DNA of 60,408 nucleotides from a virus. Positions 51,571 to 59,933 of the stretch are shown here, piece by piece. The notes beneath the pieces are model-generated. The model was not told the origin of the DNA. It was given only the letters and a program-made list of their open reading frames with translations, and did not search any database. The DNA lies in the IMG/VR virus record IMGVR_UViG_3300006198_000003, positions 1 through 60,408 of that record; one strand, 5' to 3'. The position numbers and the translations under genes were made by a program. Within the stretch, counting starts at the first letter, position 1; every line of letters starts with the position of its first letter.

Positions 51571-52148
51571 TGAAATTCACGGCGAAAATCAAGGACATAG
51601 GCCGAACCCTGGCTGGCAGCCTGACAATAATCTTAGAAAGCCAGCAGATGGACGTAGCGGCGGCGACAGAGCTGTATCAGGCGGACGGCCTGGATGTGGA
51701 GATTAGGAAGAAACGAAAGAAGCGCAGCCTTGACGCGAATGCCTATTACTGGAAGCTTGCGTCAGAGGTGGCGGACGAGCTCCATGTGAGCAAGCCCTAT
51801 ATCCATAACTATCTATTGCGAAAATATGGCCAGATAGAGGTCATAGACGGCCAGGGCGTGTATATGGTTCTTCCAGACACTGAATCGGCGCAGAAGTCCA
51901 TAGACGAAGAGCAGACATACCATTTAAAGCCCACATCACAGGTAAAGGAGGGGAAGGGCGGCATCATGTATCGGACGTATATGATGCTGAAAGGCTCCAG
52001 CAAGTATGACACGAAGGAGATGTCGCACCTCATAGACGGTCTTGTCAGTGAGTGCAAAGAGATGGGGATAGAGACGCTTCCACCTGAGGAATTGGAAAGG
52101 ATGATGTCAGAGTATGAAAAAAGGTATAAAAAGCGTACTGACGGATGA
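51570..52148 (+). CDS. NinB/Orf-like recombination mediator
   Basis: RSLDANAYYWKLASEVA parallels lambda NinB RSLDQNRKLWACLGDVS. Confidence 0.55.
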   Translation: MKFTAKIKDIGRTLAGSLTIILESQQMDVAAATELYQADGLDVEIRKKRKKRSLDANAYYWKLASEVADELHVSKPYIHNYLLRKYGQIEVIDGQGVYMVLPDTESAQKSIDEEQTYHLKPTSQVKEGKGGIMYRTYMMLKGSSKYDTKEMSHLIDGLVSECKEMGIETLPPEELERMMSEYEKRYKKRTDG

Positions 52149-52413
52149 TTTGGAACATTGCTATATCACCGGAAGCAGCAACGTGGCAATTCACCATGTC
52201 TTTCCGGGAGCGGGGCGGAGAAGCCTTTGCGAGAAATACGGATTCATTGTTCCACTGGAACCGGCGCTGCACAATATGTCCGATGCATCCGTACATAGCA
52301 ATCCGAATACCGGACTTGACCTGCGGTTGAAGCAGGAGTGCCAAAAGTATTTTGAGGGGCATTGCGGTTCCAGGGGAAAGTTCATAGAGGTATTTGGGAA
52401 GTCGTATGTTTAA
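52114..52413 (+). CDS. hypothetical protein (possible HNH-like)
   Basis: CYITGSSNVAIHHVFPGAGRR...VPLEPALHN. Confidence 0.35.
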   Translation: MKKGIKSVLTDDLEHCYITGSSNVAIHHVFPGAGRRSLCEKYGFIVPLEPALHNMSDASVHSNPNTGLDLRLKQECQKYFEGHCGSRGKFIEVFGKSYV

Positions 52414-52415
52414 AT

Positions 52416-52448
52416 TTGGTAACTGTTAACTTTCATGCAAGTTACAAT
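52416..52448 (+). promoter_or_regulatory. Conserved promoter-like motif copy P10 (variant, 21-nt spacer)
   Basis: TTGGTA 52416-52421, TACAAT 52443-52448. Confidence 0.4.
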
Positions 52449-52500
52449 TCATCACAGCCTAAGGCGGCGGGGCAATTCGCCGCCGGAAAGGAGGTTCCAT

Positions 52501-52869
52501 GTGGAATACTTGCTGATAATACCAGGCCGGCTTTCCAGCCTGAACAAATACATAGAAGACGAGCGTGCGAACATGTATAAAGGCGCGGCATTGAAGCGGA
52601 GGAACGAGAAATCCATCGCCATAGCGATAAAGCAGTGCCTTAAGGGTGTTAAGATTGAAAGGCCTGTGGAAATGCATTATCTATGGGTTGTCCCAGACAG
52701 GCGTACGGACAGGGACAATATAGCGTTCGCGAAGAAATTCGTGCAGGATGCGCTTGTGAATGCTGGAGTGCTGAAAAATGACGGATGGAATGAAGTTGTC
52801 GGATTTTTCGACAGGTTCCAGGTGGATAAAAGTAATCCACATATAGAGGTAAGAATCAGAGAGGTATAG
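52501..52869 (+). CDS. rusA: RusA-family Holliday junction resolvase
   Basis: GTG start after AAAGGAGG; GRLSSLNKYI...DRDNIAFAKKFVQDALVNAGVLKNDGW. Confidence 0.85.
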   Translation: MEYLLIIPGRLSSLNKYIEDERANMYKGAALKRRNEKSIAIAIKQCLKGVKIERPVEMHYLWVVPDRRTDRDNIAFAKKFVQDALVNAGVLKNDGWNEVVGFFDRFQVDKSNPHIEVRIREV

Positions 52870-52871
52870 GT

Positions 52872-53756
52872 ATGGCACGTCCCAGACAGGACGGATTGCT
52901 CTATTTCTCATTCGACACGGATTTCTTCTATGCGGATCAGAGGATAAAGAGGCTGCATTCCAGATATGGAAGCGATGGCATGCTGTTTTATATCTATCTG
53001 CTGACGGAAATCTATCGGAACGGATATTACATAAAGTGGGATGGAGAGAGCGTGGAGAATGCCATGGATGACCTCCATCTCAAGGAAGGGCTCATAGAAC
53101 AGGTGATGACATTCTTGGTTAGCCGGTCACTGCTTTGCAAAAGCACACTTGCTAATTCGGACACTATCATTACCTCGCCGGGGATACAGAAACGGTATCA
53201 GGAAGCTGTTAAAAGCCGGAAAAGAGACGTGTATGTTGATGCGGAAATCTGGCTTTTGGATGAAAAGGACACAGCTGCCTATATTAAAGTCGCCAATAAT
53301 CAGAATAAATCCTGCGGAAATAAGAGTAAATCCTGCGGAAATAAGAGTAAATCCTGCGGAAATGACATAAAGGAAAGTAAAGGAAAGGAAAGGAAAGAAA
53401 ATAAAAGGAAAGAAAAGGACATACCGCGCGCGGAGCAGTTTGAGGATTTCTGGGCGGCATATCCGAATAAGCAAAGAAGATACCAGGCAGAAAAGGCATA
53501 CTGCGATCTGATACTGTCCGGAACGATATCCGAGCCTGAGCTGGTCGCGTCAGCTGTAAACTATGCGGAATATGTCAGGGAATCCGGCGATAAGATGTAT
53601 CTTCCAAACAACTTTCTGGAAAAATGTATCTTTTCTGACTATCTGGAAGCGAAGCCTGAAAGCGGGCCGCCGAAAGTAGTGGGGCCGGAGCTGGAAGAAG
53701 AGCTGATAGACGATGAAGAGTGGTGGAAGTATGGGCCGAATGCCTGGGAGGGATAG
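52872..53756 (+). CDS. replication initiation protein (DUF4373/Lin1244 N-domain, DnaD-like)
   Basis: LLYFSFDTDFFYADQRIKRLHSRYGSDGMLFYIYLLTEIYRNGYY; contains an internal iteron-like repeat. Confidence 0.75.
   Translation: MARPRQDGLLYFSFDTDFFYADQRIKRLHSRYGSDGMLFYIYLLTEIYRNGYYIKWDGESVENAMDDLHLKEGLIEQVMTFLVSRSLLCKSTLANSDTIITSPGIQKRYQEAVKSRKRDVYVDAEIWLLDEKDTAAYIKVANNQNKSCGNKSKSCGNKSKSCGNDIKESKGKERKENKRKEKDIPRAEQFEDFWAAYPNKQRRYQAEKAYCDLILSGTISEPELVASAVNYAEYVRESGDKMYLPNNFLEKCIFSDYLEAKPESGPPKVVGPELEEELIDDEEWWKYGPNAWEG
53306..53363 (+). repeat. 2.8 tandem copies of a 21-bp unit TAAATCCTGCGGAAATAAGAG (candidate origin iterons)
   Basis: Units at 53306, 53327 and 53348 (first two identical, third 16 nt), followed by a purine-rich tract 53369-53418. 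Confidence 0.85.
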
Positions 53757-53759
53757 GAG

Positions 53760-55577
53760 ATGTATGAGTTTAAGCCAGATGATGCCTGGAATTTTGCAAG
53801 ACATGTACACGCGCAGGCACAGGAGCGGAACGGGGAGTTGTTTTTCCGGGTCTGCCCATACTGCAATCCGAGACCTACACGGGACAACTTGAACTCGTTT
53901 TCAATCAACATGAAGACCGGCCAGTTCAAATGCCTGCGGTCATCCTGCGGAGTGACCGGAAATATGCTGACGCTTTCAAAAGACTTTGATTTCTCCCTTG
54001 GAAATGAGGTCGACGAGTATTACCGCCCTCGGAGGCAGTTCAGGAAACTAAAGTCGCCAGACAAGCCAATCGAGCCTAAGCCAGAAGCGATACGGTATCT
54101 GGCTGGCCGGGGGATATCCGAGGATGTCATAAAAAAGTACCAGATCACTGTCCAGACAGAGCATCCGGAGATACTTGTCTTCCCATTCCTGGACGATTCC
54201 GGGAAGATGCAGTTCGTGAAGTATCGGAAGACGGATTTTGACCGGGAGAAAGATAAAAACAAGGAGTGGTGCGAAGCAAACTGCAAGCCTATCCTGTTCG
54301 GGATGGCGCAGTGCGAGGGCTTCGACCAGCTGGTAGTCACGGAAGGCCAGATAGACAGCCTGTCAGTGGCGACTGCTGGAATCGGAAATGCCGTATCGGT
54401 CCCGACCGGGGCAAAGGGATTCACATGGGTGCCGTATTGCTGGGACTGGATAAACAGGTTCCGGGAGGTCGTAGTCTTCGGAGACCATGAAAAGGGCAAG
54501 ATTACATTGCTTGACGAACTGTCGTCCCGCCTTAAATGCACCGTGAAGCATGTTCGGGAAGAGGATTACAAGGACTGCAAGGACGCAAACGAGATATTGC
54601 AGAGATATGGGAAAGGACAGCTCCGCTCTTGCGTCGATAACGCCGTGGCCGCACCAATACATAAAGTGATTGACTTGGCGGACGTGGAGCGGGTCGACAT
54701 TTTCAAGCTGCCGAAGCTGCGGACGGGAATCAAGCAGCTTGACAGGCTACTATACGGGGGTCTTCCGTTCGGGGGCGTGACGCTGATATCCGGAAAGCCG
54801 GGAGAAGGTAAGAGCACCTTGGCCAGCCAGATCCTGATAAATGCGATGCATCAACAGCATAAATGCTTTGCATACAGCGGCGAACTTTCGAACTACCAGT
54901 TCCAGTCATGCATCGACTTCCAGGTGGCCGGGAGGGGGCATGTGATAGAGTATCAGAATTCCTGGGGGGACACGAATTACAATGTGTCGGACGCAAACAG
55001 GCAGCTTATAGCAGATTGGTACAAGGGGAGATGCTTCTTGTATGACAACCGGATGATTGATGGGGAGGAACAGGAGAGCCTGCTGGAAATCGCAGAAAAC
55101 GTGATTCGGCAATATGGGGCAAGGGTAATCCTGTTGGACAACCTGATGACGGCTTTGGATTTGGATTCCGGCAAGGCGTTCGACAAGTACGACAAGCAGA
55201 GCCTTTTCGTGAAGAAGCTGGCGAGGCTGGCGCTCCGGTATAACGCGCTGGTTCTTTTGGTGGCGCATAAGCGGAAGAACAACTTTTCGGCAAATGAGAA
55301 CGATGAGGTGAGCGGGAGCGGAGACATATCGAACCTTGCGACAGTCACGATATCTTACGAGAAGAACAGGGAAATCGGGGAGGGCCAAAGAGTCCTGAAA
55401 GTGTCCAAGAACAGATTGTTCGGAAAGACGAACACAAATGGGTTCGTCCTTGATTTTGACGAAAAGACACGGAGGATATACGGGCAGGGGGACAACTTGG
55501 ATTTCGACTACGGATGGTGCAATAGTAGTGAGGGATTTATCCAGATTGATATGGATGCAGATTTTCCGTTCCAGTGA
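53760..55577 (+). CDS. bifunctional primase-helicase (zinc finger + Toprim + DnaB/gp4-like)
   Basis: CPYCNP...FKCLRSSCG zinc finger, VVTEGQIDSLS Toprim, LISGKPGEGKSTLA Walker A, VILLDNL Walker B. Confidence 0.9.
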   Translation: MYEFKPDDAWNFARHVHAQAQERNGELFFRVCPYCNPRPTRDNLNSFSINMKTGQFKCLRSSCGVTGNMLTLSKDFDFSLGNEVDEYYRPRRQFRKLKSPDKPIEPKPEAIRYLAGRGISEDVIKKYQITVQTEHPEILVFPFLDDSGKMQFVKYRKTDFDREKDKNKEWCEANCKPILFGMAQCEGFDQLVVTEGQIDSLSVATAGIGNAVSVPTGAKGFTWVPYCWDWINRFREVVVFGDHEKGKITLLDELSSRLKCTVKHVREEDYKDCKDANEILQRYGKGQLRSCVDNAVAAPIHKVIDLADVERVDIFKLPKLRTGIKQLDRLLYGGLPFGGVTLISGKPGEGKSTLASQILINAMHQQHKCFAYSGELSNYQFQSCIDFQVAGRGHVIEYQNSWGDTNYNVSDANRQLIADWYKGRCFLYDNRMIDGEEQESLLEIAENVIRQYGARVILLDNLMTALDLDSGKAFDKYDKQSLFVKKLARLALRYNALVLLVAHKRKNNFSANENDEVSGSGDISNLATVTISYEKNREIGEGQRVLKVSKNRLFGKTNTNGFVLDFDEKTRRIYGQGDNLDFDYGWCNSSEGFIQIDMDADFPFQ

Positions 55578-55587
55578 GGAGTGATGT

Positions 55588-55782
55588 ATGAAAATAAAAG
55601 ATGACGTGATTTTATTCCTCAGACGGAAACAAAGGCAGCTTATGGAAAGATATGCAATGCTTGAAAATATCCAAGTGGAGCATCCGGAACTGTATTCCTT
55701 GTGCCAAAGAGAAATGGATAGGGTGGATCGGAATGCGGAACTTATCCGTAGGAAGATATGCGAACTGGAAGAATCAGGGTAG
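55588..55782 (+). CDS. hypothetical protein
   Basis: 64-aa ORF. Confidence 0.45.
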   Translation: MKIKDDVILFLRRKQRQLMERYAMLENIQVEHPELYSLCQREMDRVDRNAELIRRKICELEESG

Positions 55783-55791
55783 GAGATTATC

Positions 55792-56244
55792 ATGCGGGAA
55801 AAAATAGAGGGGATCCAGACAGTTCAAGGAACCTTGTGGAGCATGTACAAGGAATTCTTGACGGAAAAGGACAAAGAGTCGTATCGGAAACAGGCTTTGA
55901 AATTGGAATACGACTATGAGGGTGATTTGAAGTGGTTCTGCCGTAACCTGAACAGTGCATGGGAACCGGTGATAGATTTAATGGAACAGCGCTTGAAAAA
56001 TGGGGATTCCATCGAGCAGATGCATGTATGCATTATGGATATCCAGAATTCTGCCTGGTCAGTATACAGGGCATTCATGAAAAACCATCAGATGCCTGAA
56101 TATACGAAAGAATCTGCCGCGATTGTAGAAAAGTACAAAAACGATAAAGACATGATGCTGTTCGCACAGACTCTTATCCTGTCATGGGTACCGGTAATAA
56201 ATGGGATGGCGGCAGATTTCAGGAATGGTGGTGATGAAACATGA
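55792..56244 (+). CDS. hypothetical protein with internal two-fold repeat
   Basis: WSMYKEFL...SAWEPVIDLM versus AWSVYRAFM...LSWVPVINGM. Confidence 0.5.
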   Translation: MREKIEGIQTVQGTLWSMYKEFLTEKDKESYRKQALKLEYDYEGDLKWFCRNLNSAWEPVIDLMEQRLKNGDSIEQMHVCIMDIQNSAWSVYRAFMKNHQMPEYTKESAAIVEKYKNDKDMMLFAQTLILSWVPVINGMAADFRNGGDET

Positions 56245-56522
56245 TAATGGATATTGGAGAGATTCGGCGGCAGTATAAATATGCGAAGGACAGAAAGAAA
56301 TGCATTGCTATTCTGGCAGATTTGAATGACTGCAGCACGGGCGAGATTCTCGAAATTGTACATACCAAAATGGATGATCATGAAGAACGGCCCAAACCTG
56401 CAGGATGGCATCCAACACTAGAGCAGAAAGCGCTCATGGATAGATTGGACGCTATGATAAAGCCGCTGGAGGACGAGTACAGACGGACAGCTGCAGAACT
56501 GATGAGGATTAGCGAGGAATAA
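56241..56522 (+). CDS. hypothetical protein
   Basis: 93-aa ORF, ATGA-coupled. Confidence 0.5.
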   Translation: MIMDIGEIRRQYKYAKDRKKCIAILADLNDCSTGEILEIVHTKMDDHEERPKPAGWHPTLEQKALMDRLDAMIKPLEDEYRRTAAELMRISEE

Positions 56523-56579
56523 TAAAATTTCAGAAAGGAGCCGGAACCTTCCCGGGAATAAGGCGCGCCGGGTTCCTTG

Positions 56580-57956
56580 ATGGAAATGGATATTTTTGAA
56601 AGTAGTTCAGGACAATTAAGCTTTTTAGAGCCAGATTTTATAAAGGATTCAGAATGCTCTGTCCTTACACCAGTAACATTTGGAAAACCAGATGTCCCTG
56701 TTTATGGAACAGGAAAGCGTATCGGACCGAGGATTGCCGGACGAACAGGGAGCGGCCACTTTGATGGCATCTATCTGGACAGGCTTTTGCCGTTGGAAGA
56801 ATATGACCTGATTATTGTCCTGTTTTCCGGCGGTAAGGACAGCACAGCATGTTATTACAAGCTTCTGGAGCTTGGTGTTCCGAAAGAGAAAATAGAACTT
56901 TGGCATCATGATATAGACGGAGGGCATCCATCCCGGCGCATGGACTGGCGCTGCACCCAGAACTACGTAAAGAGCTTCGCAGATGTGGAGGAAGTGACTC
57001 TGCGAATATCGTATCGGGTGAACGGATTTTTCGGGGAGCTATACCGTATTGGTGCATCAGAGCCTATCGAATGGATTGATCCTGATACCGGAGAAGTAAT
57101 ACAGTGCAGGCTTTCTCAGAATTATCTGAAATGCCGAGAGCTGAAGGAGAAATGCACGGAAGATATGGAGGAAGCCCTGAAACAGTACGGGTACCGGATG
57201 AAATTCCCGGCAAAGAGTGGTGACCTGAGCCGCCGGTGGTGCAGCGCATACCTTAAGATTGCGGTGGCGGATTCCGTCATCAGCAACCTTGACCGGCTGG
57301 AACAGCTGGGTGAGCTTGGCGGGAAGCGGTTGAAATTTCCAGCAAAGGGAGGGACGCATCAGGGGCGCTGGTGCAGCGGGAGCCTGAAAGCAGCGGTCCA
57401 AGACAGTGTGACATCAAACCTTGATAAGACAAAAGAGAATGTGAAGGTATTGGTGGTATCCGGTGAACGCCGTGGAGAAAGCGCAGGACGGGCAATGTAC
57501 AACGAAATGGAAATCCACCGGACGAACGCGGAGAAGAAAGCCCACCGGATTGTGCATCAATGGCGGCCAGTAATTGACTATTCGGAAAAGGACGTCTGGG
57601 AAGTTTTAAAGCGGCATCATGCCAATCCGCACCCCTGCTACCGCGCCGGATGGAACCGTTGCTCCTGCGCACAGTGCATATTCTCCACACCCAAGCTTTT
57701 TGCAGGTATCAGGGAACTGTATCCGGAAGAATATGCAGCACTGAAACAGGATGAGATAATCCTTGGATTTACACTGGACAATAAGTGTGATTTAGATACC
57801 TTTGTCGGGGATACCAAATCATGTGTTTACCATGGGGATGCAAGGGCGATACATAGCCTGATTACCGGAGAGTTTACGCCGGATGACGTGTATGTGAAAG
57901 GGGAATGGAAATATCCTGCGGGAGCGTTCCATGGAGCGGAAGGAGGGCCCTGCTGA
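56580..57956 (+). CDS. PAPS-reductase-like PP-loop ATP pyrophosphatase family protein
   Basis: PP-loop VLFSGGKDST; duplicated KFPAK.G...RWCS..LK..V.DSV.SNLD module. Confidence 0.75.
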   Translation: MEMDIFESSSGQLSFLEPDFIKDSECSVLTPVTFGKPDVPVYGTGKRIGPRIAGRTGSGHFDGIYLDRLLPLEEYDLIIVLFSGGKDSTACYYKLLELGVPKEKIELWHHDIDGGHPSRRMDWRCTQNYVKSFADVEEVTLRISYRVNGFFGELYRIGASEPIEWIDPDTGEVIQCRLSQNYLKCRELKEKCTEDMEEALKQYGYRMKFPAKSGDLSRRWCSAYLKIAVADSVISNLDRLEQLGELGGKRLKFPAKGGTHQGRWCSGSLKAAVQDSVTSNLDKTKENVKVLVVSGERRGESAGRAMYNEMEIHRTNAEKKAHRIVHQWRPVIDYSEKDVWEVLKRHHANPHPCYRAGWNRCSCAQCIFSTPKLFAGIRELYPEEYAALKQDEIILGFTLDNKCDLDTFVGDTKSCVYHGDARAIHSLITGEFTPDDVYVKGEWKYPAGAFHGAEGGPC

Positions 57957-58477
57957 TGAGGATACCATTGCCGTGCAGATTTGGCGGGAGTGCTGACTGC
58001 GAAGGGATGACCCTTCCGCTTAGCGGGGTGTCCTGGTTCAAGTGGTCATGGGGGATGGAATATACCTATTTCTTTTCCATTGGTGATAAATGGCATGGCA
58101 CAAGGTTCTATTCGACACTTGATACAGCGCAGCCTTTTGGAATCGACATACCGGATCCCTTATTGATTGATAAACCTATTAAGGAACATGGATTCCCTCT
58201 AAAAGGAACCGGCTATGCTTGGGGAGTGAACTATTTAGACGGCAAGACATACATCGATTTTGTCATGACAAGCAGCTATCAGGCACACATAAGAGTTCAG
58301 TGTGATGAAAAGTGGGAATATGTTCCAAACGGGGACATCATCTTCCCGCCTAGCTGGGACACGGAAGAGAAGAGAGGAGGGGCTGTACTGAAAGGATATA
58401 GAACCGGCCTGAATAAAGAGAGGGCGGAAAAGGGACAAGAAGGAAAGCAGATGTCTATATTTGATTTTATGGAATAA
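57956..58477 (+). CDS. hypothetical protein
   Basis: ATG overlaps the upstream TGA (TGATG); 173 aa. Confidence 0.5.
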   Translation: MRIPLPCRFGGSADCEGMTLPLSGVSWFKWSWGMEYTYFFSIGDKWHGTRFYSTLDTAQPFGIDIPDPLLIDKPIKEHGFPLKGTGYAWGVNYLDGKTYIDFVMTSSYQAHIRVQCDEKWEYVPNGDIIFPPSWDTEEKRGGAVLKGYRTGLNKERAEKGQEGKQMSIFDFME

Positions 58478-58498
58478 CGGAAAGGATGGATAAGGGAA

Positions 58499-58666
58499 AT
58501 GATGAGCAATAATATTAGCTGGCTTATGACAACACCGCCTGGTGATTGCAATTTTATAAGTGCATTGAAAAGAGCTACTGATGAAGAAATCCAAGCAACA
58601 ATCTCCAATCTTGACGGAAAGAGCGGAGTCAAGACCAAGTTAAAGGCGCTGGAAGCAGAATTGTGA
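58499..58666 (+). CDS. small hypothetical protein (55 aa)
   Basis: RBS AAAGGATGGATAAGGGA. Confidence 0.35.
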   Translation: MMSNNISWLMTTPPGDCNFISALKRATDEEIQATISNLDGKSGVKTKLKALEAEL

Positions 58667-58688
58667 AGAAGAGCAAGGCGGTGATACC

Positions 58689-59141
58689 ATGTGCAGAAAA
58701 TGCCACACCTGCCTATGCCGGACATGCTTGAATGTATGCAAATGCGAGGGTTGCACAGGGAAGAAAGAATCCTGCGAAAGATACAGCGGTTTCAGGCAGC
58801 TTAGTATTTTCGATACGCCCCAGGAGCCGCAGTACCATTCAGTCCCCCGGCACTCATGGCAGCATTACGGAATCAGAAAAGAGCGGTACAGGCAATTAAC
58901 AGAGTACGTACAGTCCGGCAGATATGCCTCTGTGGTGCGCCAGGCGGCTCATACAGCCAATGAAACCATTGCAGAGTACATTTTACTGTCTGTCACTCAA
59001 AACAAGTCTTATGACGCTCTTAGAGTGAAATGGGAGCTGAAAGAAATGGAGCGGATTCCGTACTGCCGGACGGATTTTTATGGGATCAGGAGATATTTTT
59101 TTAGTATTTTTAACAAAAAAATGAAGGAGATAGGGAAATGA
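58689..59141 (+). CDS. Cys-rich protein with possible C-terminal HTH (candidate late regulator)
   Basis: N-terminus MCRKCHTCLCRTCLNVCKCEGC. C-terminus IAEYILLSVTQNKSYDALRV...CRTDFYGIRRYFF is reminiscent of ArpU/sigma region-4-like activators. Confidence 0.35.
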   Translation: MCRKCHTCLCRTCLNVCKCEGCTGKKESCERYSGFRQLSIFDTPQEPQYHSVPRHSWQHYGIRKERYRQLTEYVQSGRYASVVRQAAHTANETIAEYILLSVTQNKSYDALRVKWELKEMERIPYCRTDFYGIRRYFFSIFNKKMKEIGK

Positions 59142-59893
59142 AAACATTTGAACAGAAAATTGCAGAAACGGTAAATGAGAAGTTGAATGATGGTACTGTG
59201 GAGAAATTGGTTGAGCAGTACATAAAAAAAGGCGTGTCAGAAGCACTGAACGACGTGTTTTCTTGGAGCGGAGATGGTAAGAAACTAATTGAGAAAAAGC
59301 TGAATGAAGCCATTGTTCCGGTCATTGAGCGACATGATTTCAACCAGTATCTCACAAAATTAGATGCTGTCTTGACGGAGATTGTTAATAATACAATTCT
59401 TGCAGATAACAAGAAGATTTTGGAAAATTTTAAAGAGTTGATGAAAGAGCCAGAAACCAAAGAAGTTAATCTGTCGGATATATTTAAACGTTATTGTGAG
59501 CATGTTGCGTCAAATGTTGATACGGACGAATTGGAAGCCTGCTGTGATGATGGTGAGCCGTATTACGAGCATGTGACCGCCAACATGGAAGTAGAGCATG
59601 AGGACAAAGGGTGGTTTAAGTCAAGTTTTGATGACTGCATTGTAAAATTTACTTGCGAAGAGGATGAGAAATTAAATTGCCGGATTAAACTTTACAAAGG
59701 CACAGACGAGAAAAATTGGAATTTCATAGGATACGGGGATTCTATTGACATTAATTCCTTGCGGAATCTAAGCGACTTTGAAGTATTCCTTATGACGTTA
59801 AAGCGTGGATTTGTGGATATTGTCATGGACAAAGAAACGGATTGCGATGATTATATTGAGCCGGAAGAGAAGCCAGAATGGTCGCTTGGATAA
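59138..59893 (+). CDS. hypothetical acidic protein
   Basis: 251-aa ORF, ATGA-coupled. Confidence 0.55.
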   Translation: MKTFEQKIAETVNEKLNDGTVEKLVEQYIKKGVSEALNDVFSWSGDGKKLIEKKLNEAIVPVIERHDFNQYLTKLDAVLTEIVNNTILADNKKILENFKELMKEPETKEVNLSDIFKRYCEHVASNVDTDELEACCDDGEPYYEHVTANMEVEHEDKGWFKSSFDDCIVKFTCEEDEKLNCRIKLYKGTDEKNWNFIGYGDSIDINSLRNLSDFEVFLMTLKRGFVDIVMDKETDCDDYIEPEEKPEWSLG

Positions 59894-59933
59894 ATTACAG
59901 TTTGTTTGATAAGGAGTTAAGGAGGATAGGGAA

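Noticed and set aside
53306-53363. Tandem 21-bp repeats as a CRISPR array
   Set aside because: The units are directly adjacent with no spacers and lie inside an ORF. They are interpreted as iterons and a protein repeat.
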